Positions 38,674 through 53,764 are shown, counted from the first letter of the stretch. The stretch is DNA of 64,000 bases from Octopus sinensis (GCF_006345805.1 NC_043002.1:16988001-17052000); one strand, 5' to 3'. The notes: generated from the letters alone by a model not told the origin. Made by a program: numbers and translations.

Positions 38674-40332
38674 GCATATATGTGTCACCTTGCGTGCGTG
38701 TTTCTATCATACGTCTGATGCAGATACCTCCATGGCTATTAGCACTATACACCTATACGTAGGATACTGGTCACTTCATTTTCAGTACCGATTTTTAGTA
38801 TTTACTTCTGATTTTTTGGGTTTAGGAAGTGTTGTCCCAGAGAGACCCAACACTATTCGAAGGCTGCCTACACTGATCACATGCTTCTGTCTGTACTTAA
38901 ATTGTCAAAAATTATCATGCGCACTAAACTACACTCAAACCCTAGTACTACATAAATAATGTAGTATTTTAATGCCGTTCATAATGCATAATTGAACAGA
39001 TTTAGGTTGACCTGAATTTTGTTTTTTCTTTTGAAAGTAAACTGCATATTTTCACATATAGATGTTAACCCAAGTACAGAACATGAAGGATGTCTTTTTC
39101 TGTACAAAATAAAAGCGTATCCACCTAACTCAGTACACAGCCGCCTTGAAAGGAGACATTGAATGTACTCTGTCTAATAAATCTCTACATATATGACAAG
39201 ACTTTGGTGGCTGAAACTAAAATCAACAAACTTGACTAAGTCAATTATATTGCTGAGAATCGAGGTCTTTACTTTCTACAGATTGTCGAAGTAACACCTT
39301 GGCAAAGCAAATATTGAATACAACATAGATATGTGGTTTCGCACTTTTTACTATGTGTGTCTGTATATGGAAACACATTTTCATCTAATGTGCCAAATGA
39401 ATGCAAGCAGAAACATTTGGTTGTAAAACAACGAGGAACGAGCATTACCGTATTCATTCTGCTCTGTAAACATGTTCTATGTATTGCGAAACCATTAGTT
39501 TGCAAGATATCTGTATATCATATTTTCTGTTTTGTTATTTAAAAACACATTGTGTTTCTATTCTGTAATGATATGGATAGACTATTTTTCATAACATTAT
39601 TCCAACACAGCTCACTAACTATAGACAACGAACATCAAATAGGAAAACAAGCGATAAAAACTTCTTATACTACATCCAGAATTACTAACGATAATACAAA
39701 TAGCAAAAGGAATGCTGGCAGACCGATTATAAATAATCGCAGAAACAAACTAATATTTATTTTATCATACTTTAATGTATACTATTAACGATAAAGAAAA
39801 CAGGAGAAATAAATCACAATGTAAAAACATAAATAGGTTACGAATGTAAATGTGATTCAGGAAAAAAAAAGACAAACAAAATGACGAAAAAACATTATGT
39901 CGATGATAGAAGTCATAGATAATTTTAAAAGGCAGAATAAATGTCAGTTTTTAACATAACATATAAGAAAATGTCGTTCTCTCTGTTTCTGTTTTTCTAC
40001 GACAGGATCTTCAATAGATGGTGATAAAAGAAAACTAAGTGACGTCTGAAGAAAATATATGGCTTCGCAGAGAATAACATTTTTTTTTTCTTTTCTTGGA
40101 TGTGACTGTATGCACACAACGTTCTACGGTGTGTGTGCATGTCTGTGGACGTGTTGATATATGTTGATTTGTAATACGTGCAAACGCTCACGTATTTACA
40201 CGCTCACACACAGCCACACATCCACGCTTGCATACACACATATATGTGTATATGTATGTATGTATATATATATAATATATATATATATATATAATATATA
40301 TATATATATAATATATATATATATGTGTATAC

Positions 40333-40363
<31 letters not shown>

Positions 40364-40370
40364 TATGTAA

Positions 40371-40431
<61 letters not shown>

Positions 40432-41127
40432 CATATGTGTGGTATAAAATGCTCGTTCATTATATGTGTCTATTTCCCACTCACACGCACACACATACAT
40501 ATACACACACAACATATAGACTCACACTGACAGATAACACAACTGGAAGAATTTAAAAGATAATGCTTCTAAAAGTTTTCTACATGTGCATACACACATA
40601 CACTCACACACGTTAACAGAGATATGTGTATTCATGAAATTTGGTATTTATGCCTTTGTGAATTTTGAGTTTGTATGTATAAGCATACAAGCGAGAGGAA
40701 AAGTATTTGGCATTCTATTTTTGCGATAGTTTTAAATAAGTTTCTATGAGATTCTACTTATTCATGGGTAAAATGACTCATATTACGCTAGTATGATAAA
40801 AGCGACTCCGAGTTTTATGCAGAAAATCCTTGAAGCGAATGCAGTATAATTTCAAAATCGAAATATTTATAAATTTTTAGTTCAAATTGATGTGTAGTTG
40901 AAAAGTAGAAGTTCCGGTACAAACGTAATAACGACGCTGATTCGATGATGACTTCTTTGACTTAAACTGTTATAATGCATCTCTCGTTTTAATGTTTGTT
41001 TCATTCTGCCCGCTTCCTTTGTTTACGCCAGAGGTCATATTTCTCCTTATAAGTACCAGCAAAGGGACGGTGTTCACGCCAATTTCGTTCAATTAATACA
41101 TCATAATGGCTATTTCTATCACATTAC

Positions 41128-41169
<42 letters not shown>

Positions 41170-41505
41170 CCTCTTTCTCTCTCTCAATTTTATTCTTTAA
41201 AAATTTATGCATACATTATTGCGAGCGCATTCGGTGGAGTGTAGATATATATATATATATATATTTGTGAGAGTGAGTGTGAGTGTCCATCAACAAAACG
41301 TACAATAACCAAAAGAGTTGAATTCCAGGCAGTTGTGCTATATCATCAGTATCCTAACATCAGATACCAAATCGCCTATTTCTGTGTGAAGCCAGTGAGA
41401 TATATTATGAAACAGTTTTTGATTTTCTACTAGATATATATCGTAGTATTCCAGAGCGTATATACATATACATATATACACACACACACACATATATGTA
41501 TATAT

Positions 41506-41572
<67 letters not shown>

Positions 41573-41586
41573 CATATATATAACTA

Positions 41587-42112
41587 ATGTAGGATAAAAA
41601 GTTGTTCGGGAAAAAAATTTTATCAATGGCCAGCATATCTAAAAATACCTTTAAAGGTTAAATTTATAAATAATTTACAAGATAAGAGCAAAAGAAGAAT
41701 TCTAATGTCAAATATGTTGAAAAAAAGACAATAATTGTCAATAAACCATTATAATGTATGCGTCCCGAAACAAACCGATAGAAATCTTTAAAAAATACGT
41801 TATTACCGTATTGGTCCAATTTCGGGGTCAATTCGTAAGAAATTTTCACTCTTCAGCGGCAAATACGCGAGATATAAGTGAAATACTTACTCATACCCAT
41901 GTAAAAAGCAAGCACTAAGTCCCGAGCAGAACTATGTACCCCAAATATATCCAAAATAGAAAAATCTTCGGCACATCTCGAGACACGTGTGATTCCAACT
42001 AGAAACTTTCACAGAGTGATAGAATCCGGAAGTGAACACTATTTAATTTATAATTAATGTAGGTTAACATTTTTTTCGGGAAAAAATTTTTATCAATGGC
42101 CAGCATATCAAA
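41587..42112. repeat. Pair of ~58-bp diverged direct repeats (41587-41645, 42056-42112) enclosing ~410 bp
   Basis: aatgtagg...ttcgggaaaaaa.ttttatcaatggccagcatatc.aaaat at both positions. Confidence 0.7.
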
Positions 42113-42210
42113 AATGTTATGTATATATATATATATATATGTATATATCTCTCTCTATCTATCTCTCTCTCTATCTCTCTCTCTATATATATATATATAG
42201 CGCAAACGCG

Positions 42211-42249
<39 letters not shown>

Positions 42250-42531
42250 GTATGCCTGTACGTGTGTATGTATTTATGTGTGATATGGATTATATATAAA
42301 TTACACGGTGAGTGGCATATAAAGTGGTTAGTAGAAAGAATTGTGAGGTAATAAAACAGCTTATAATTCTTTAAGATTAAGAGATGTGGTGTGTGAATTT
42401 TAATATGATATACACGTAAAATATTGTCAATAAACCTATAAGGTTTCTTTAACCAAGATAAAACGTATAAGGAGCTTATGTGTATATAATACCTGTATTG
42501 TTTATCCCATATATTTCATATATACGATATA

Positions 42532-42758
42532 CAGGGTGACCCAAAAGTAAGTTTACCCTTATCACGTTGATAGTTCAAATTTCTTACAAACATTTTATTA
42601 CATTTAAATATCAGTCTGACATTCATAGTGTTTATTATATTATTTACCTTAGAATAATGGTTTCGTACCTTTTTTTAATAATGTTAGACTTTAACTGTTA
42701 ATATATGAATGCGAAGTTATAGTTGAAGTAACTGTAAACCTACTTTTGGGCTACTATG
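42532..42758. mobile_element. ~227-bp Tc1/mariner-type MITE flanked by TA
   Basis: ta|cagggtgacccaaaagtaagttta ... taaacctacttttgggctactatg|ta. Confidence 0.7.
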
Positions 42759-43224
42759 TATAATATACGTATAACGCATAGATAAGCCGTGTGTTAACAA
42801 TTTGACTTCCCAACCATATAGTCTCCGATGTAATCCTGCTACGTAACACCTTGAAGATCAGCCTCCTATTGTTTTGTTATAGTCTCTGGACAACCAAAGA
42901 TTTTTAAGTACATTTCATAGACGGAAACTGATTGGTAAAAGTATATTCTCACTCTTGCACACCTTCTCCTCCCTCTAGTGGACAATCTAGCTAAAATTTT
43001 GATCTAGAAAATATTTTTTTAACTCATAAACACTTTCATAGTTTTTCTCCTTCGCTTTGCGTTGTTTCTTCTCCCTATTCTTTTCTCCGCTTTCTTTCAT
43101 TGTTTCTTCACCTACGTCGATCAAACTGTCCCTGTTTCCTAGGTTATATATGTGTGTGTGTGTGGATGTATTTGTGCGTGCGTGCGCGCACGTGTATGTA
43201 TGTATGCGAGTGCGTGTGTATATA

Positions 43225-43284
<60 letters not shown>

Positions 43285-46200
43285 CGTATATCTATATACA
43301 TATATATATATATATGTCTGTATGTATGTATGTATGTATGTATGAATATATGTGTGTGTGTGTTTGTATGTATATATATATAGAGAGAGAGAGAAAGAGA
43401 GAGAAGGAGAGAGAGGTCTGTGTGTGTATACACATATTTTTACAAATAATCCTTATTGCTGTGCTCTACAATTTAAAATTAATTTAATTCTATGTCAGTA
43501 ACTCCTGAATTTCATTTCCGAAATGCGTGTACGTTTTGTCATTGTGTATATTCATTTCTGTAATTGAAATCCAAAATAAAATGCATGTTTGAGGCTCCGA
43601 TGTAGCTATAAGGGGACACTCGGGCACTCAAAAATCCGTTCACTATATCTTATAGAAGAAAGTCTTGTAAGATAAGAAAGCCCATACCATAATTAATTAT
43701 TTCTTTATTATCTCATTTTTTATTACCGATCTATACTCAACCGAAGCATTTGGATATAGAGTTCTTCCTCCAGGTTATTAGTATCTCAATATCTAAGTGA
43801 AATAGCAAAAAAATATTTTTCTATACATAACCAGACAAGAGAACCATAGAAAGATAGATGGATTGAAGTAGGAGAGTGAGACAGATATAGACATAAATAC
43901 AAAAGCGAACAACTGTAGTGTGTTGCAGAGCAGATGCAGCAGTTAGGAGTTCTACAATATATGTATCTTGTTACTAACTACTACTTCCTGGTTTAAATGC
44001 GATCTTGTAATATTTGCATAAATAAAATTTTGCCAATGAATATTTCATCTAATGACTAGACGTCTCCTCGTTATCTTCATAGTTGGCGCGAAAATTTCTG
44101 CTGCCTGTCCAGGTGGTAGAAAAAGATAACTTTTTAGTCATTTGAGAAATGTAATTACGATTTCGGCGATAAAGGACGTTTGTGTTCTTCAGATTTTATC
44201 GTCTAGTCTTTGACGTTGTTGTATATAGCAACAACTTTTAGTAACCTAAAACGTGGATATAACTTTGTGGAACCATATGAATAGCGTCTTATATAAATAC
44301 ATTTGGAAAATTTCCAGAGCCGGTCTGTCTAAGACATACATATTTCATTACCAGTTAATGTGTTGAGCCAAAAATAATGATTTATAAATCAAAATCGCAC
44401 ACATATAGAGAAATATTATTAGCGTTATAGTATATTATAGACAAGGAAAGCAATGCTGAAAACTCTCAAATTTATTCACTAGAATTTATCTGAAGGTATG
44501 CCGTCCATTCTGCGGGCGGTAGTGTGACACTTGCAAAGTTGCTTCGGTCGCAATATACATACTTAATGAAGCTTAATTGAACACGTATGTATCGGGCATT
44601 AGTATGACTTGAAATGACAGACAATTATTCAATTATTAGATTATTTTAAATAATTATATTCCTATATTATCCTAGGGATACCGTCACACATTTGTAATAA
44701 CACTTGACACCAGCAATTTCGTTCACTTAAGCTTGGATGGAGAGGATAGCGTAACTGCATGTGTTTTTATCTCTAGAAGTGCAATTATTTCTATAGCTTT
44801 CAGCTATATATATATGACGTGCTTTTCCATACAACTCCAGCAAACTTTAATAAGCCCTTTCCGAAAAGCCTGCTTTAGGACACAAGTTTCATATAAGATG
44901 TTTTGCTAGGTGGGAGGACACAGATTTTATGAAACCGAACTAATACGAGATACGTTTTCACTCGTATATTTGAATGTGTGTATCTGTGTGTGTGTGTGTG
45001 TGTGCGTGCGTGCGTCTGTGTGTGTATGTGTGTGTAAGTGTGTGCGCAAGCACCTGTGTGTCGTATATATATTCATTTTTAATTAAATCCACTTTGTGAA
45101 AACACGACCAAGCGTATGTTTCAGACTATATCTGTACCTTAACCAGATAAAATTTAACGTTTTCACGTGTGAATTTCTCTAAACAAGATGTATTCAATTC
45201 GATATTGTAATGATATTAGTAACTATAATTACAACATTGTTTCCAAAATTGGCACTAGAAGTAATGAAAATGCTGCATATGAGGCAAGACCTTAATATTA
45301 ACAGGAACTATACACAAATTTTCTCTGATTGAAAAGATTTCGCTCACATGGAGATAGTCCTATTGGTAAAGTACTCTCCTATATTTCATACAGTAAATAG
45401 GGTCCATGATAATATAGTTCAAAGCAATATCGATAACCTTATCATCTACAAAAATCTGAGAAATTCTTGCAACAGAAACTAGATATATTGCATACCTGTT
45501 AACTATATCTGTCTCATATCAAGTTAATCTTTTCATTACGAAAATGTCACCAGAAAATCTATACTCAATCAGATCTCTTCTACATATTTGATGTGCATTT
45601 TCAACACTTGCACATATTTTAAGTATCTGCAATATCATTAACCTGATGGATTATATGCCAAATAGTGAAAACGATTTTGCCATTGGGGACATATTATCTG
45701 ACCAAACATCTAATAATATATCCGAAACCTATCGATAATTCACTCACTGCGCCGAGGATATTTATAATTTGTCAAATCTATTGAAAATGCTCTCTATATC
45801 CTATAGAGAATATCCTATCTCACGAAATTTGTAACCCCTGGCATTTGTGTCGGGGATATTTGACACTGATTTATAGAGTAAAAACCTATGTCTGTTATTA
45901 TATTTTATAACGACACACGCGTGTCTGCACATTGCAAGCAATACTCTCCCTTTCTCTCTCTCTCCTTTTCTATTTATATATCTGTCCATCTCTCTTTCTA
46001 ACAACTCCGTCATAACCGGATTTTCAACATCTATTCACAGTACACTTCTACTTGAAGTAGAATTTTTTTAGGGGATCATGTTATTTATAGTACCAGTAAT
46101 AAGAGCTTATTATGGCCATCTCTGAATATATGCAACGTCCAGTGTTTCGTCTCGATGAAAAATATACAACTCGTGAATAGCGTAAGTGTATAACAGTTCA

Positions 46201-46583
46201 GAAATAAAGGCATATTAATGGTGCAACGTTAAGGAAAGTTACGCAAATTTGAAATATTTAATCATAAATTTTAATAATAATATTCATTTAAATTTGGCGG
46301 GGATTTTTTCTCAAAATATTAACATCAGACTCCCTATGCATTTAAAGGAAAATTGTATAACTCAATTCCCCCATTACATTAACCCAAGTGTTCATTTGAT
46401 GGATCTTTTTTTGTTTTCTATCTGCAATATGTGTGGTTTGTGTGATTGTGCGTTTCGTTTCTGTTTTGCTGGTGTTGTTAATTGGGTAGAAGCATAATGA
46501 AACTTATTTAGCAGCTATAATCCGTTTGGAAAGTTTGTGTTATTTTAATGTACTGTTCGGTGATTTGAAGATTTCATTACTAA

Positions 46584-46697
46584 GGCGGAGAGCTGGCAGA
46601 AACGTTGGCGCGCCGGGAAAAATGTTCAGCGGTACTTCGTCTGTCTTGATGTTCAACGGCGGTTCATCAGCATGGCCGCAGCTCTGAGCTGAAACTG
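46584..46697 (+). mobile_element. Internally deleted SINE (OR-type head joined to CR1-type tail)
   Basis: ggcggagagctggcagaaacgtt...cgccggg head; catggccgcagctctgagctgaaac tail. Confidence 0.65.
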
Positions 46698-48053
46698 CAG
46701 AAAAAACATTTGCAACAGGAGGATTCAGTACATACAGACCTGCCCTGTGTGAACTGACAGTAACTTATTAAGCAAATGCCACCTTCATTGTGTGTATACT
46801 TAGTAGATATACTATACTAGTTATGTTATACAGCATTCCAAATATTGAGTTCAGTCGAGGTTTTAAAACGAGTTTGTTAGAACTAATCAATCCTAAGTTT
46901 GTGTGTCACTAAAACCTTGAGGACGAGATCACAAATGTGCCAAACACACTGAGTGGTTTTGATATTTTTGAGCTGATGCTGAAGATATAAGCGCTGAGGT
47001 CTAGTAAATCACTACCAAAGGGAAATCCAAGATTCACAAACCTTACGATCTACGATGCCAATATTAGTTAATGTCTATGTTAGTTATGCAGTGTAGTAAG
47101 GTGTAAGCTTTGGGATTTGTGATGGCTAATCTTTTAGAATGTGTCGTTCTTCTGCTTCTATTCCCACTTTGTCTTAATTTATAATTGATTGTTGGCTTCT
47201 GGGTAGAAAGACTGAAAGGTAATATTGTATAATATTCGTAGTAAGTTGAAATCGCTGCAGTTGAAGAGAAAAGGATAATACTGTCTCTGAAGGGTCTACT
47301 CCCAGTATAAAGAATAGAAGATATTTTGAAAGTGCTATTTAGGACGCATAAGAATCAATCCAGAAGATTATTAGATATGGTAGAGAATAAAGAAGAAAAT
47401 ATCGGCGTAGTTTCCTATTATGTTGTACTTTTTGGGCACATATATACACACATCTCTCTTTACACACCGATATCATTAGTATGTTATACACAAACATAAA
47501 AACGGCAATATATATATATACCACATACACATATACATACATACATAAATATATACACACACGAACACACACACGCACACACACATATATATATATATTC
47601 GTTTGAATGTTTGGGCATACCCCACTAATGACGTGTGCGTGCATATATGTCTATGTATGTATATGTGTGTGTGTGTGTGTGTTTGTGTGAGTGTGTGTGG
47701 GTGGGTGGGTGTGTTTGTGTGATTGTGTGATTATGTATCAGGTCTACAAAATACATTTGAAATTAGATCTTGTGGAAATTACAACCAGCCAATATCACAG
47801 ACGCTTTGAGAATTTAAGGAGGCATGGCTAAGTGAATATATTGGTTGGTTCCAAAATACGGGGTTTCAATCCAAGTATGCTGTATTGCTCTCCAAATACT
47901 TGAGCTGAAAATATGTAAGATTTATTGCTCACAAAATGGACATACTTGGAAATAAGTGGGAAAGTAGAATCTTCCACTTAAACAGTATACTTAATCGGTG
48001 AAGAGGTGTAACAGCAACAAATTGCAATGTCTTGAGTGGAAAGACAGCACACA

Positions 48054-48113
<60 letters not shown>

Positions 48114-48114
48114 C

Positions 48115-48157
<43 letters not shown>

Positions 48158-49199
48158 CACACACACACTCACACTCACACTCAAAAACAACTTCTGTTAA
48201 TTGGGTAAGATCACTCAACGGGTAATATATTCTACTCTTCAATTTATCTTGCTGAACTTCTAAAATATCTTGTAAGTCGCCATCCATCTTCTGTATAATA
48301 CGAGAACAAAAAATAAAGGTTTTTTTTTTATTTTAGTATTTCACGCTTAAGTAGACACGGCTCAGTGAATAAGTTTGTTTGCTTCCCAACAACGAGGTTC
48401 CAGTTTATTTATTTCGGTGTAACAATCCAAATCAGCGAATGTATTATTGATACTATAAATTGCTGCAACCAATTAGAACGAAAATGTGACTAAAATCTCT
48501 TCACGTTTTTCTATATTTTAAAGTGTTTGTTTATAATCTTCATAAATGAAATCATTCCGCAAATTTATTGTCTTTAATATTTTATACTTGTTTCATTTTC
48601 TATGGCAATGAATTAATACGTTCAGTCATCGAACGTTGTTTATTATTGAATAATTAACCAATTTCGAAGTTAATTATCAATAATTTTTCTTCACAAATGA
48701 CGCTTTCTATCTCCCACTCTCTCATACACCTTCTCTCTTTGTATAAATGTGTGTGTGTTTTGAGTGTTTGTGCGAACATGTTAATGCGTTCCAGATTTGC
48801 AGGCGTTTGTGGTACACACATACTCGCAAAAGAATAATTAAGTCCCTATTTATGTATATAAAATATATATGATGCACATACAAACACGTATACATGTACA
48901 TGTGTGTCTATATATGTGCGTGTGTACGTGTCTGCGTGTGTCTGTATGTATATATATATATATATATATATGAATTATAATGTCTCACGTTATAAACACA
49001 AAGGCAGGATGAGTCGATTGCATATTTAAGCAAAAGATTAACATATATATTTACTTTAGGACACTTGAGATTCTAGTTAAACATGTCGCCAAAACATTGT
49101 AAATAGGTTAAAGGCAAACATTCGTAAACTAAGTTTATGGTGATTAGATTTTCATTCTATATTACATTTTTCATTGGCTTTCGATTCCTGGAGTATTGC

Positions 49200-49850
49200 A
49201 GAATATGATATTCTTTCCTGAATCAGATGCAAAATAGACGCATGCCATTGACCTCCCTCCCTTTATTCTACCCTATTTACTCGCATCTACAGTCCAGATC
49301 CCATGTTCAAATTTTCCCTTTGAGAACCACTTTGAGAATCCTACTTCCTTATCTGAAAACCGCTTCGTCATATTCTGTATCCCCGCCTTCCAGAAAGATA
49401 TGACTCTCGACAACGTGATATTCAACAGCGTCAATCTCACGAAGATATACGCAGCCAGTCAAACTGAAATGCGTTCGCCAATGATAATATCATCTGACTC
49501 CACACTATAAATATTATAATCATAATTGAGTGTAAAGCATTATAGGAGACAAAACATCTACTGTATCTCTTACTAAACCCATCTGCAAACTTTACGGTGC
49601 ACTTTACATTGGGAAAGGAGATAGCTCTTTCGCTGATCACTTTGGTGAGCACATTTGATACACACAACTACATACGCAAGCCTAATCCTTTGCCACCCAC
49701 CAGAAATCAATGGTCTAGACCTTCATTTAACTCCTTATGACCCGACCAAACATCATGTATCTCTACAATGAAGGAAACAGGCAAAAATATTTATATTGAG
49801 ACTGGGGACAAGAGACTTACGTGGTTTAATGAACTTTTTCCCGTTAATTC
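49200..49850 (+). mobile_element. Degenerate Penelope-like element, GIY-YIG region
   Basis: PAFQKDMTLDNVIFNS; NIYCISY; ALYIGKGDSSFADHFGEHI resemble AFRRD.NL.D.LVHS, IYCI.C, YIGETGR.LADRF.EH. Confidence 0.65.
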
Positions 49851-50274
49851 TTCACACTTTCGTCAATTACCAAACACATTTGTTATTTTCCCTCCAGCTA
49901 AAATGCTCTCGCTCTTCTACCTCTTTCATTTTTGCGTTCTTTTCTCTATCATTCACTCATAATTTTGTCGCTCCAAATACTTTTTGTCTACCATACGACC
50001 TCAGGTAGAATTGTGCATCACATCAGTCTCAGCCAGTCTCAGAAATAAATGTAAAACACTATTCGCGTAGATCTTTGCCTCCAGTTTCTGGAACTTGACT
50101 TTGTAGATCCTCATCTTTAAGAAGTTTTGAACACTTTACCATTCTCCAAGTAAAGATAATTCCATGCACATTTTTGTCTTACCCATTTTACAATTAAAAC
50201 AAATTGTACTGGTGTTCATTCATACTGGTCTCCTTGTATTTGCATTATATATATAAACATAAATATAAATATAA

Positions 50275-50376
<102 letters not shown>

Positions 50377-50569
50377 AACAATTAAATAATGAGGGTAGTA
50401 ATTGATATTGATAAATTAAAACCAGTGAGTTAGCATATTTGAATCATTCGAATACTAAAAATTATATTACAAAATTAAGAGGAATTGACACCAAAGTGAA
50501 CTCCTACTATGCTAAATAAAGATGTCAAGTCGCAGTCAAATGACTGAAACAAGTATATATATATATCGC

Positions 50570-50931
50570 TTTACTCTTTTACTTGTTTCAGTCATTTGAC
50601 TCGACCCCGGGACTTATTCTTTTTGTAAGCCCAGTACTTATTCTATCGGTCTCTTTTGCCGAACCGCTAAGTAACGGGGACATAAACACACAAGCATCGG
50701 TTGTGAAGCAATGCTAGGGGGACAAACACAGACGCACAAACAAACACACACATATATATATATACATATATACGACAGGCTTCTTTCAGTTTCCGTCTAC
50801 GAAATCCACTCACAAGGCATTGGTCGGCCCGGGGCTATAGCAGAAGACACTCTCCTAAGAAGCCACGCAGTGGGACTGAACCCGGAACCATGTGGTTGGT
50901 TAGCAAGCTACTTACCACACAGCCATTCCTG
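50570..50931 (-). mobile_element. Full-length tRNA-derived SINE (same family as 36941-37410)
   Basis: Same head, central domain and tail, with an internal microsatellite. Confidence 0.9.
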
Positions 50932-50934
50932 CGG

Positions 50935-51029
<95 letters not shown>

Positions 51030-52733
51030 TATAATATATATACACATAGACACACTCACACAGAAAGAACGAGAGAGATAGGGTGGGAGAGATGTGAGCG
51101 GAATGATTTATTTTCGTTGGCATAAAGTCTTCTAAAAAGATTGTAACTTTATTTGCAATAAAACATAGATTGGAATATATATGAATAATAAGTCGGAGCA
51201 TCATAGACATACGATTATTTACAATTTTAAATGAAGTGATAAAAATCGCAAGGACATTCATCATACATACTTTGCTAATTTAAAAAGCATAAGTGTATTT
51301 AAAATGGCTAGATTTAGAATTGCGAAAGAGAAATTATTTCCTAATGAAATGGTAATAAGCTGTAATATTGCAGATTAATTCGATTTTGAATGTTGACTTT
51401 GCCATATCAAAACCAGCTCCTACAACATCATGTCATACCCAAGAATATTATCTCGTATTGGAATCAAGAGAGATGTCAACCTCTGCTATCCGATGACAAA
51501 TAACCTCACAAAACTGGTTGTCCTGTATCATAATTATACATTTTCCTCACTAGACCATCTCCATTAGTAATGTATCATCCATCAGAATTAGTAAACAGTA
51601 ACCAACAAATTTTAACATGAGTTATAACTCCAGATTAACTACTGAAGTGGCTGAAATGCGATTGGTAAACTGATTTGACTACTGCATATATTTATGTATT
51701 TCTATTGGTTTTTCAATATTCTTAGTTCAAATTTACTTTTCGAACTTTTTCTGTTCATCTATTCCTATTCAGTAGATAAAATATTGTGAGAGCAATAGTA
51801 ATATAATACGTAGAAAGTTGTGCTTTCATGGAAGAAATAAGAAGGAAATGAGTTTAAACTAGGAAACACTTTAAATTTAATAGCTATTTCACCTTAAACA
51901 CACACACACACACACACACATACACCCACACATACACACACACACTTACACAAGTATACACACGCGTGCATATATAGTGTGAGTTTGAAGGGATATATTA
52001 GCTCGGCGAATAACGTAGTGGCTCTCAGTTATGTTCCAGGTTACGGCTAAACACATCGACTATTACTTAACGTCTATGACTAAAATTAGTTTCAACCACG
52101 CTGAAAATTCTTTCGACTGGTAATCCCGCGTTCTTTTCTGTAGATGGTAACATAATAAGAAGTGTATATTAACAATAATTACAACGATATTGAATATGGA
52201 AATGTGTGTATACTCAAGACTTATTTCTTCTTATCATATATAATTACAATGAGTATATCTTTATGGTTGCTACGTGCTACACGTATTTCCATTGCACAAC
52301 GTATGGGCAGCTACACATGCAATCAGCATGATTTTCTGTACAACGTCTTCGGGGTCTGTTCATTTGGTCTGTATTAACACGAATTGAATACAGTAATTTG
52401 TTTGTTACTTAAGCTTCCGTAAAACATATGAAACTGAAATCTAGTCTGTTTGTGAAACAACCTCACCATACCTCCCACTAAACCCCCTACTAATAATCGA
52501 ATATGTGAGTTCAGATTCGTTCGAAAACCGCCAAATGCTTAGACACTGAAGAAGCTACTCAAAAAATTATCCTCGGTTGCAGATGCAGCTGCCAGTAGTG
52601 TGTGCAGTGGAAATACTTGTAGGTTGTAAAAACAATAAAAAACATGCGGTATGCAGTTATAGAATAAGAGGAAATATATCTTGTGGAGGAACAAGTCTTC
52701 ATATTGTAATTATAATTATTGCTTTCATGTATA

Positions 52734-52800
<67 letters not shown>

Positions 52801-53298
52801 ACTGAGCTCATTCACTTATGTATGTGTTATTTCATTGAATGTACAATGATAAACTGCATTGTAAACGAACGTAGATTAGGAATCCTTTTTAATATACTTT
52901 AGTGAAATTCAAATGCAACGAAAACTATATTTCATTTCTTAGTTCTAGAGACTAGACAAAATTCAAATAATTATCGTTGCTGATATCAATGATATATGTA
53001 TAACGTGTGCTCAGCCGACTAAAAGAGCATAGCTATACATATGACAATTAAGACGCACAGAGACAAAGTGAGAATGTTCAGGGTCAAGAATTTAAAATAC
53101 TTGTGCTAAGTGATTTTCAAGCGAATGTTAATGACAAATTGGGGAACAACTGCGGCAATTAATATGTGACAAACGTTGAGTTGAATTTAGGTGCACCAAT
53201 TTGATAACTGTTTCGTTGAGAAACGTTGAAACACCACGGAATCCAATGATGCATGTTTTATAAAAGTGAATTATTGGAATATAAATTTAAAGAGACAG

Positions 53299-53342
<44 letters not shown>

Positions 53343-53390
53343 TATATACAAATACTGGTACTAACTATGACTTAATGTTTCCTCTCACAC

Positions 53391-53445
53391 CATCTCCGAT
53401 GAAGGATATTATTAATTAATATCCTAGAAACAGCTGTGAGGCATT
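53391..53445 (+). ncRNA. Penelope-type minimal hammerhead motif, probably inactive copy
   Basis: CCGATGA-aggatatta(ttaat)taatatcct-a-GAA-ACAGCTGT-G: 9-bp stem II, palindromic stem III; cleavage-site base is G here but A in the sister copy near 31893. Confidence 0.55.
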
Positions 53446-53538
53446 CTGTATATAAATGCTCTAATATCTATACACCCTTGGTTTTTTATCTTATTATGCA
53501 AAGATTATATATATATATATTATATATATATATATATC

Positions 53539-53569
<31 letters not shown>

Positions 53570-53613
53570 ATATATATATATATATATTTCATTCATTTCA
53601 TTTTTCATTTTAT

Positions 53614-53764
53614 CTAGTTTCAGCTCACGAGCTGTGACCATACTGGGGCACCGCCATTCGATATTGCTACATGATTTTACTTCACGAATGCTTTTTAGCA
53701 ATTGACATTTGGTTCATGAGAGAGTTTGATGCAGCTGCCCTCATCTGCACCTCCTGCCGTGAAG
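53614..53764 (-). mobile_element. CR1/L2-clade LINE 3' end (sister of 1830-2110)
   Basis: Reverse-complement similarity to 1960-2110. Confidence 0.7.

Noticed and set aside
45577-45609. SVENAHQICRR on the minus strand, resembling a lectin helix
   Set aside because: Lacks the Trp, is flanked by stops, and falls within chance expectation
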